Shown piece after piece: positions 8,699 to 18,201 of a stretch of DNA of 18,201 nucleotides. The translations under genes were made by a program, and so were the position numbers. Each line of letters begins with the position of its first letter. Position 1 is the first letter of the stretch. The DNA is from Geosiphon pyriformis uo1 (lineage: Eukaryota; Fungi; Glomeromycota): positions 16,356 to 34,556 of the forward strand of contig JAAOMT010000385.1 in NCBI GenBank assembly GCA_016748015.1. The letters run 5' to 3'. The notes under the pieces were generated by a model. It made no database searches, was not told the origin of the DNA, and worked only from the letters and a program-made list of their open reading frames with translations.

Positions 8699-9449
8699 TA
8701 AAAGTCAACTTTTTTTTAGAAATTACTTATCTAAAAGCTTACTAAAAATGTGTAATTACTTTGCTATAAAAATTAACTTTTTTACAAGAATTTTATCTGT
8801 AAATTATTTTAATAATTATATTAAAAAAAATAAAAAATAATAATAAAAGTATAAAAGAAATAAAATTTTGTTAAAGGAATTGTTTTCTATTTAAACCTAA
8901 AGTTATTAATTAATTTTAAAACATTAGTTAGAATTTCAAATATTAACTAATAAATTTTTGCATTTTTTAAGTATTTGGTTTTTATTTGATTTGTACTAAG
9001 AAACTTGTTCTAAGAAAAATAATTCTCAAGTAAGATATCTATAATAAGATTATTATAAATAAGATATATTTTCTTAAAAAGAAAAGTTTTTCTTTTATAT
9101 AACTTGTTGTAGTACTAATCTATAAATTTGTATTTTTTTTTTGCTATAATTTCGATAAATTAAAGATACATTTTGACAAACTACAAGTTATTTCTGCAAA
9201 CTATTAACTAAAAAGTAAACTATTTATTATTTTGGTAAATTTCTGCAAATTTTGGCAAATTTTTAAATGTTATATAATTCAAAATATTGTGTAATTTGAT
9301 CATTTTAATTTTTATTATACAAAATAGATTATAGTAATATTTAATAATTTGATTAAATAATAAGTAATAATTTAATAATAATAATATATATTAATTAATG
9401 ATAAGAATTATAAGGGTAATTTTATGTTAATTTAATGATTAAAATTCTA

Positions 9450-9863
9450 CTAATAACATAATTTTTTTCTCAAAACTGAGCTCTATTAAAGTCCAAGTAC
9501 TATCTGTAATATTGAAATAATAGTCCAATATAATTCAAGTAATTTGGTCTGAAAATTGTTAAAATTTTAGTTTTGTAAGTTTGTTAATATATTGAATTTT
9601 TATTGATTGGAATATTAAATTTTGTAGGACATTTTTACAAATATTAAATAGATTATAAAATTTAAAAACTGCTTTAGGTTTGTAATAAGTGTTTATTAAT
9701 CAAATTGTTGTCTTGAATTTATTGTAAATTTGTTTTTGTATAGCTTTAAGAATAAGATTTGTTGTTTCAAATTTCGAATGTCTACTCTTATTTTTGGGTT
9801 TTTTATCAGTGCTATTTTTGATGTTAGTACTTTATGCATTAATTCTTTAATCAGTTAGTAAAG
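9450..9863 (-). pseudogene. Probable relic of another Gypsy element's ORF3, PPT and 3' LTR edge
   Basis: Minus strand gagctcagttttgagaaaaaaatta|TGTTAT (edge 9458) mirrors aagctcaatctctttggagaaaatga|TGTTAT at 1118. The upstream frame reads ...KAIQKQIYNKFK...KAVFKFYNLF...IQYINKLTKLKF*QF, weakly ORF3-like. Confidence 0.4.
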
Positions 9864-10409
9864 CAACAAAACAACAAAATAAAAATAAATAAATAAATAA
9901 AAGAAAAGAAAAAATTAATATCCTGTTAATAGCCATAATCAAAAGCTATTGTTTCAGCATGCTTAAATGTTGAATGTTATCAACATAAAGTATTAATAAT
10001 AAAAGAATGATGAAAATTTTCAATTAAATAATAATAATATAGATTAAATGATAATAAGTATGTTTTATTTGATATGGTTAATAAATTCATTTTGGTTAAC
10101 AGTAACTATATGTGAAGTGAAGATTAATTAATAGATAAAAAAAAATGCTAAATTAAAACTGAACTGAATTCTGTTTTTTTTTGCTTCTAATACTACTGCT
10201 ATATATACATAATTGGTGTTATATGAAATTTCTGGAATTTTGTGATTTCTTCAGAAAAATCCTGTAATTTTTTATGAAGAATCTTAGAATTTTAAAATTC
10301 TAGAATCCTGCAATTTTTTCAGAATAATCTTAAAATTCCTCTGTTATTATGTCTACTTCTGATTGGCAAATTTTTTAACTATACAATACTCCTAATTTTT
10401 ATGAGTAAT

Positions 10410-11001
10410 AATATTAAAGCTAGAGTAAAAGAAAAACAAATTTGGTTAATCTTAAACAGTAAATCTGCCAAAAGTATTATTATTTACTAACTAATACAAC
10501 AACTTAATTGAAATATGGACAGATCAATCCAAACAGTAATTGTAATAGCCAATAATATAAAAAAGATTTCAGTAAAAAAAATTAATAACTTTTTTTTCAC
10601 AATTAATGGAATTATCATTTTAATAAAAGTTTTAATTATAAATAAACCTTAATATTAAACATTTATTAAAAATAATTGGCTTTTCAAGACCAATACAAAC
10701 TTAGATTAAAAACCCAAAAACTTAAAATTTCATATTAAAAACAATATATTAGAGTGCTTGTTATATGTAGTACTTTTAACAAATAATCAGAAAAAGCCTC
10801 TATGTTCGAATTTAAAAAAAAAAGAAATACCAATTACTAAAACCTATATAACTTTTGAATTAATATTTAATTGGACTAAAAAAACAAAACAAAAAATTTT
10901 TAAAGAAATTAGTAGTTGAAATAAAGTTTGGTATTATAAATTAGAATTACAGAAACAACTATTTTATATTTCACTTAAGTGTAAAAACTGTAACAAAAAG
11001 C
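10410..11001 (+). pseudogene. Very old Gypsy pol relic, left part: retropepsin and start of a Cys-rich region
   Basis: IKARVKEKQIWLILNSKSAKSII (LILDSGSAGSII after G>A), FTINGI, IKNNWL (VGNDWL); ends LKCKNCNKK at the LINE junction. Confidence 0.8.
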
Positions 11002-11162
11002 ATATTTAAAAAACTTTTTTCTCTTCTTTGTCCTAATTTCCCAAAGAACAAATTTTGAAAAAAAAGTTTTTTTGTTTTTATCCTGCTTGTTTTATTACTC
11101 TTATCATTTTTTAAGCTAATAACTTATTTGTGGTAGATCTGGAGACTGCTTTGAATAACAAT

Positions 11163-13022
11163 ATGTCTAAGAAAAAAACACCTAAAAGTGCTCTTCATGG
11201 TCTTATTGGTGGAACTTTCTTTCAGAAAAAAAAAATCTCTGTTAGCAATATCAAACACTCTGGTGATGAAAAGAAAATTTCTCTAACCAAACCTGGTATC
11301 AATGAGAACATATATTCGGATATGGCAGTAAGTTCAGTAACAATAAGCTTGGTGGTACTGAGTTGAGTTTAAGTGGTGCTTTTTTTCTTGGTTTGGCTGT
11401 GACAACTTCCAAAGCTAAGAAAGTTATTATTGATTTGGTCGGTGGCTTCTCTATTGGTACTATTGATTTTGGAATAGATGAGGACATAATTCACCTTCCT
11501 TCTTCTCTCAATATTTCTCTTGAAAAAAGATTGATTGATCCTAAAATAGTAAAAACTCAGGTTGAAGTGCCCATCAAAAAATTCTTTGTCTTAGATATCA
11601 ATCTTTTTGCTGTGAAAGGGAAATTAGTAACAGCAAAGACTCAATTCATTAAGAAAATTTTTTCTTTAGTCAATGGTTTTGGGGGGGGTCACTAGCCCCT
11701 TAAAATTTGAAGGGATCATCTGATCTACATTTACTTATGACGAGAGCTTAATTAAAGCTACATCATTGACCAGAGAAAAGAGGATCATCACTAACAGTAA
11801 TCTCAAGAAATAAAAAATTTGCTCAAATTGGGCTGTGGTTATTAAAAGAATTCTCATGGACACACCAAAAGAAATGATTGTTGCTGCTCTAGCTGAGTTT
11901 GGCAAAATTAAGTCGATCAAAATCCAACTTATTAGATTGTGGCAAAAAGCTATGGTGGAATTTGCTGAAATAGGTCAAGCTGTACAATTGGCTGCTAAAT
12001 GGTTTTTTTTGATTGGAAAAAATTCTGTGTGAATGGCTATAACTGTAAGAGATTGTGAAACATGAGCATCAAGAGACCAGTTCAGAGCTTTATTGTTTAC
12101 TTTACCTGTAGAAACAACTGCTTATAATTTGGGCACTTTTTTGAAAAAAGCTGGTGGGAAAACTTGTATTATAAATTGTTTATTGAATTCTGGCAATAAA
12201 ATTTGCTGTGCTGTGGCTGGCTTCGAGTCTGAGGATGCAATAGAATCTGCTTATCACACTAAGCTGATATTTGGTGGTGTCAAACTTTCTTGGGCTAGAC
12301 TGGATTTGGTTTGTTGTGAAAAATGTGAGTTTCTTGGTCATTCTGCTTTGGAATGTGGTGCACTACTTGCATTCACTCCTAAGTTTTCAAAGATTATTAG
12401 AAAAGTCACTTCAGTAGAACATTGTCTTTGACTAGCCAAGTTGTATACAAAGAAAACTGTCCCTATCTCTCATTTTGCCACTTTTGGTGGCAAGTCATGG
12501 ATGCAGATCATGTTACTCAATTCTTCTTCTAATAGTTCTCCACCTTGTGTGGTTTCTTTGGTGTCTTTTGGTAATGATTTGTTTTCTGGTACTAGGATTT
12601 CTTTAGTGATCTCTGCTCCTCCTGGTGACTCTGCTTTACATGACCATTTATCTTCTTTGGAGTGCTTTTTAGAGCTTTTGGCAGACCAAGTTTCTGATAT
12701 TTTGAGAAAGCTGAGCAATGTTGAATTAGTGCTTCTGGCATCTTTGTCTCTTGTTCCTTCTCCTATAGCTTCTACATCCTTGGCGGTAGACATAGATTCA
12801 GATATAACTTTGGATGATGCTTTGATTTATTTTATTCCCCTTTTTATGGTTGTTACTGATACGGTTGCTAACATTAGCTTAAACAGTTTTAAGGTTTTAA
12901 CCACCAAGATGGAAGGTTTGGAATCCAAAATGGTGGCTCTGGAAGTGTCAGTTAAGTCAGTCTTAAAGAAGTTGGATCACTTGTGTTCTGACTTGGATTT
13001 GTTTATTCTTCCTACTTTTTAA
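11163..13022 (+). pseudogene. LINE ORF1 (RRM-like domains, CCHC knuckle, C-terminal coiled coil)
   Basis: MSKKKTPK start; VVIKRILMDTPKEMIVAALAEFGKIKSIKI...AMVEF; LLFTLP...AVAGFES; CEKCEFLGHSALEC (12315-12356); heptads KMEGLESKMVALEVSVKSVLKKLDHL. Stops and frameshifts. Confidence 0.85.
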
Positions 13023-16000
13023 TGAGTAATTTAGTTTAGAAATTTGCTACATGTAATGTTAGAGGTATAAATGTCCCTGCAAAGCAGGAAGACATTGTTT
13101 GTTGGCATAAAAAATTAGGAAATATGGTTTCAATTGTTACAGAAACTAAATTGAGATCTAATATTAGACCTTAGATTATAAATAAGTTTGATGGAGTTCG
13201 GATTTTCACTTTTGGTTTGAGTGTGGGTTTTCTTGGTACTTGAGTTGCCATTATTATGAACAGTTTTTTGGCTTGGCATGTTTTAAAGGTGAACAAAATT
13301 CCTGGTCGGCTGATTTTTGTTCATTTTTTATTTAAAAACAAGCTTTTGGTTACAATCTTAGGCCTGTATACTGGTGCTTCTGTTAATACACATTTTAGCC
13401 AAGCTTCTTTTATCAACTCCTTGATCTCTAAAGCAGCCAATTCTAGCTCATTCACAGTCATTGGTGGTGACTTCAATAAAAATGGATCTAAAAAAAGTGC
13501 TAGCTTCAAGTTTTGTTTAGATCTGGGTCTGGTCAATATCTTTAATAGACATTCCTTAACCAAAGCCCCTATTTGAAGTAATTCTAGAGACATTGAAAAA
13601 GTGTTGGATTTTATTTTTGTGAATGAGAACCTTACTTCTACTATTACATCGCATAAAGTTAATAACATGTCAGGATTTTTTAATACAGATCATAAGGCAA
13701 TTTCAGTTGTGATTGGTTTGGAAGAACTCTTAGATGCTCATCTAAATAGTGTTCATAAACAAGCCAATTGGGACCAGTGAAAGTTTAAGATAGAACATGC
13801 TGATGAAGCCCTTTAGTTACATTTTAAAGAGTGGGTTTCTGTTGAATTAGCAATAAAGTCAAATGTGTTTGAGGGTACAAGATATAATAGTGATTTGGAT
13901 GTAATGTGGGTGGTATTAAAGAATGTTATGGTATAGACTGCTGATGTGGTGTTTTCTAAACATTGGTATAGTGCATTTGATTGTTTGAAAAACAAACAAT
14001 CTTTAAAGTTTTTCAAATTGGAGCTGCTAATTGCAAAAATTGTTAAAGCTTGGGTTTCTGAAGATCTTGTGGACTTTGACTATCTCCTCAGAGTCTGGTT
14101 AAAAATTAATAAAGTAGAAGCCTCTAAGACTGCTAACATGGTTTTGGTTGGTGTATGTTTGATAGAAGTTGTTAAGCATTTGTCTATAGTGAAGAAAAGA
14201 TATTAGAAGTCTAAGTACCTTGAGTTAAAGGTGTCTGAAGATGCAGCCATTAAGAAGACAATTGACCAGTGCATAAACTATTTTTGTTTTAACAAGAGAC
14301 TTATAATTAAGAGTATCCTTGATCATCCATTTTACAAGGTTGTTTTGGATCACTTGATAGCTGATGATAAGTTAGTAGTTGAGTCTGATGAGATGAAACT
14401 TAAAGTAGATGAAATTATAAAGGAATGGACAAGAAAGCGGACAGTTCTCCCAAGAATGCTCATTCTTTGGTCCTGTCAATATATGTCTTTGAACTATGTT
14501 TCCAATGATGTTTTTTCTGGTGTGATAAAGGAAATCAATATAAATGAGTTGCTTTTGTGTGTTAATAACTTGCCAAATGATAAGGCTGCTGGATTATCAG
14601 GAATTTTTAATAAACTTTGGAAGCACTATGGTGATGAGATGTTATCTTATTTCTTAAAACTGCTGAATTTGTGTTTAATCTTAGAGGTGATTTTGATTTT
14701 TTGGAGAAGAGCATAGGTTTTGATGATCTCTAAACTCTATGAATAGAATAGTGTTCTGACTAATACTAGACCTATTGCTTTGATTGAAACTGCTTGGAAA
14801 ATCTTGTCTAAAATTCTTTCTGATTGGATTTCTTTGGCATGTAGCAGATTCAATGTTCTTCATGGGGATAATTTTTTGGTGTTAAAAAGTACTTCTACTC
14901 AATCACCAATTTTTGCTGTTGAATCAGTCATGGAAGATGCTTTGGAAAAGAATAAGAAACTTTGGTTGGTTTTGTAAAACATGTGCAAAGCTTATGATTT
15001 TGTGGGCTGGCATTATTTGAAGGCTGGTCTGTATCATATCAAGATGTATAGTCGATTTATTGATTTTTTTGGTGGAATTCATGAGGATTGTATCAACAGA
15101 GTAATAACAAATTTTGGCCTTTTAGATAGTTACATAGTACATGATGGTTTGGATTAGAATGAAGTTTTTTCTTCTCTCCTTTGGCAGATATTCTACGACT
15201 TTTTTTTGTGTAAGGTTAAAAGACATAAGCACTTGTATGACTACCATATTGATACAAAATTTGTGGCCAAAACTGGCCATGTTGAGTCTATTAGAGGAAA
15301 GACTTTTTTCTTGGCTGATGGTGTCTTTGTGAAAGCTGTCAGACTTCTATACAGATCATTTTGGATATTGCTAGTAGATTTTTTGCTGTCAATAACATTT
15401 ATATTAATAATAATAAAATGATGGCTATCCCATCAATCAAAGTGTCAAGACTGCCTCATTTTTGATCAATGGCTTGCCAATCTCAATTGTTAAATGAGGC
15501 AAATCACACAAGTACTTGGGTATTTTTTTGTCTACAGAGAGTCTTTCCAAGCCTAGTTTGGTTCAAGCTCATGCAGATGTCAGGGTTTTCTCAAATGTGG
15601 TGCTCAAAAAGACTATTACAGACTAACAATTCTTGTACTTGGTCTTGGTTGTTCTTCAGCTTATAGTTAGCTATTGGATGCAGTTTAGTTATGTTTCATT
15701 AGGTGTGTGTTACAAGTGGGATGTTATGGTTAAGAAGAGTTTCAGATCTAAAGCTGAGTTACCAAAAAATTTTCTGAATGAGACTTTATATTACTCTTTT
15801 TTATATGGTTTAAAACTATTCGAGCAAGTGCAATCTGAAAAAAAGTTGGCTTCATTGGTCTTCTTTTCCAATGCCTATGGCATTCTTGGATGTTTATTTG
15901 AACACAAATTTTTGGATTTACAAGTTCTGGGGTGGTCACCTCTGAATTTTTTGCAGCATTCTGTCAAGTTAAAGGTTAGTTCAATGAATAATTTTCTAGC

Positions 16001-17693
16001 TGGTGTAGTGAAAATTTTGTTGAAAAATAAGTTATCTTTGATGAATAATTTGCCCAGTGCTTTTCATAGTTCTGGCAGGTTCTCAATGTCTGACATTCTG
16101 GATCATTCCTTGTTTTATGATTCTGTTTTCTTTTTGAGATGGTTTGGTGTTGCTTTTGGTAGTAGGCTTTTGGACAAAAATGAAAGGGTGTTGGACTGAA
16201 AAACATTTTAGTAGTGGAAGAGATTAGACTTAAGAGGCCCAGTATCTTATTGTTTTATGTTGGCAGCTGGTTTTATAAGCAAGCATGCTTCTGAGAAAGT
16301 TGTATCTGTCAGTGATCATGTACTACCAGTGCTGAATGTTTTGGATTCTGAGACTTTTGCTTGTGTTTGTGGGAGTTTTTTGAAGATTTGGTTAAATTGT
16401 ATTGAAGTTTACACAGATGGATCTTTAAAGGATGCTGGTTTGGCTAAGGTAACAAGTGGTGCAGCTGTCTATTTTCCAGCTATAGACATGGGTATTGGGA
16501 TCAGAGTTCAAGGACTTTTGTCATTCACTTTGGCTGAGTTACAAGTTATTACTTTGGCCTTAGAGTGCATTCTTTCTTTCTGTTTTGTAGTTTTGTATTT
16601 GAACAGTTAATCTGTAATTAATGCTTATATGTCAGAGTCTCTGGTTATAGCACCAGACTTCTATAATTAATGCTGGATTGAGTGATTGCATATTGTCAAT
16701 TTCATCAAGAAAAAAAACATTTTAGTTAAGTAGGTGAAGATTAAAGGGCATTTAAGAGTTCTGGGCAATATTAGAGCTGATAAGTTGGCTGTACAAGCCA
16801 CTCCCTTTCCATTTTCTCTACCTGTTGGGATTCAAGAACATTTTTTGGTTGCTGAGAATACTACTGTGTTAGGCAATGCTTGTCATTTTGTTCATGATCT
16901 TTATCAGTCAATTTGTCATGCTTGTTGGAAGGCTGGTTTTGGTTATGATGTTGTTTTAAGTGCCATGATTAGGGAGATAAATTGGGTGGTTACTTTAAAG
17001 ATCTGACATTCTGACTCTCACATGCTCTTCAGTTTCACTAGTAGGAGCTCAGCCAACATGCGCACTTATTTGATAAAAGCTGTTCATAGATGATTGCCTG
17101 TGGCTGTCAGAAAAAGATTATACAACATGAATTATCCTGGGGTGCTGTGCTTGCTGTATGGGGAGATGAAGGTGTCTACCCATACTTTCATTTGCTCAGA
17201 TAATGCTGGACTCTGTGATGATATTTTGACTGATACTACTAAGAGGTGGTTGTTTTTGGTGGGTCTTTCCTGCTCACCTATGTCAGCTGTCTTGTGTTCA
17301 CTTTTGGCATGTTCTTTAGACATGGGTCTGTTTACTGCTGTGTGCAAGAGTTTTGTGTTGAAGAATTGATATGCTGAGACTACTTTGGCTTTTGAGAGGA
17401 AGAGAAAGACTATATTGACTATTACTGAATTTGTTATATTTGTGGTCGAATTGTTTTGTACTAAAGTGTGGCTTGTTAGATCTAAGCATAAGATAGATAT
17501 AAAGAGGGCTGGTTTGGTCAAGGATGGTGGTATAGTCTTGGGCCTGTTTCATTGTTTGGTGTCTAATTTGTCAGATGGGGTAGTTTATTTGCTTAGTGTT
17601 GTTGAATCTTTTGCTGTCAGCTTTGGTAGACATAGACTGTGTCATTTCTTTTCTGGTTTGGGTGGTAATGCTTCTGTTCACATAGATGTATAG
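13022..17693 (+). pseudogene. LINE ORF2 polyprotein (APE about 13022-13710, RT about 14560-15540, RNase H about 16398-16790, C-terminal Cys/His about 17148-17194)
   Basis: ATCNVRG, VTETKL, GGDFN, LDFI, TDHKAI; KAAGLSGI, TRPIALIE, KAYDFV, DGLD*NEVFSSLLW, KYLGI; VYTDGS, AELQ, KIKGH..LGNIRADKLA; CLLYGE....HTFIC. Ends TAG at 17693. Confidence 0.95.
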
Positions 17694-17824
17694 TGTAGCC
17701 TTGTCTGGCCCAAGTGGCTGGCCACATGTAATAAGTGCATGAGCTGTATTTAGTTTATTCCACTTAGTTTGGTTCTATGTACTAAATAGCAGTTGGACTT
17801 TACTTATTAATTGTATTATAAAAA

Positions 17825-18201
17825 AAAAAGCTTTTATTTATGAGAGCTTGTATATTTTTAAAAAAAAATATGAAATACATACTTGCTATTACTATAAGAT
17901 TTATTACCAGAAATAATTTGAATACTCCAAACAAAATAAAAAATTAAACAATATGTCTTGTTTTACATGTGAAAAAATGTTATCAAAAGAATATAACTAG
18001 ATCAATATTACAATAAGAAAAGAAGTTTGTAATTAAACTTGTTAATATGTACTTTCAATTACAAAAAAGTTAAAAAAAGAAATTTGATTTAATACAGTAT
18101 ATAACAGTACTTTTAACAAACTTTATTATTATCCATATAATGCTAAAATAATCTATAAATTGGCTATAAGTCTAATTAATAAAGAAACTCAAAAAAATAT
18201 T
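17825..18201 (+). pseudogene. Old Gypsy pol relic, right part (Cys-rich region after the protease)
   Basis: Removing the LINE and one TSD copy gives in-frame KCKNCNKK-LLFMRACIF, then HTCYYY...SCFTCEK...VCN*TC*Y, with the same extreme AT drift as 10410-11001. Confidence 0.65.

Larger units (their letters stand above)
11002..17824 (+). mobile_element. Full-length degenerate non-LTR retrotransposon (LINE, APE type, with RNase H)
   Basis: 5' UTR, ORF1, ORF2 (APE-RT-RNH-CCHC), 3' UTR and A tail, flanked by AAAAAGC (10995-11001 and 17825-17831). Confidence 0.95.

Noticed and set aside
8385-8745. ORFs spanning the N run
   Set aside because: Gap artefacts; only the last 26 codons of the minus ORF are meaningful (LINE ORF2 end).
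10220-10345. Short imperfect repeats (aatcctgYaatttttt...aatctta); also tttctgcaaa at 9191 and 9240
   Set aside because: Low complexity, with no terminal inverted repeats or TSD to define an element.
11299-17552. Minus-strand ORFs within the LINE
   Set aside because: Antisense shadows of ORF1/ORF2 with no domain motifs.
17698-17780. tRNA/SINE-like A box (TGGCCCAAGTGG) in the LINE 3' UTR
   Set aside because: No convincing B box or cloverleaf fold.

Overview
AT-rich eukaryotic, TE-saturated window with no recognisable host gene. The element families resemble, from memory and unverified, those of Glomeromycota fungi such as Geosiphon. (1) A full-length decayed Ty3/Gypsy LTR retrotransposon lies on the minus strand (381-8090). 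It has two TGTTA...TAACA LTRs, an ATAT target-site duplication, a PPT, a degenerate PBS, gag, a correctly phased TTTAAAC -1 frameshift site and PR-RT-RH-IN pol without a chromodomain. It also carries an open third ORF of unknown function (1088-1744) running through the PPT into the 3' LTR. (2) A full-length decayed LINE lies on the plus strand (11002-17824; ORF1 with RRM-like folds and CCHC, ORF2 APE-RT-RNase H-CCHC, A tail). It is inserted with an AAAAAGC duplication into an older, AT-drifted Gypsy pol relic whose reading frame rejoins across it. (3) Older ghosts: a related LTR (about 50-246), a second LINE 3' end (8254-8467) and a probable second ORF3+PPT+LTR junction (9450-9863). The two LTRs differ almost only by transitions (49 of 50 in 500 nt, hand count), which points to strong repeat-directed C-to-T mutation. 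An assembly gap lies at 8468-8698.
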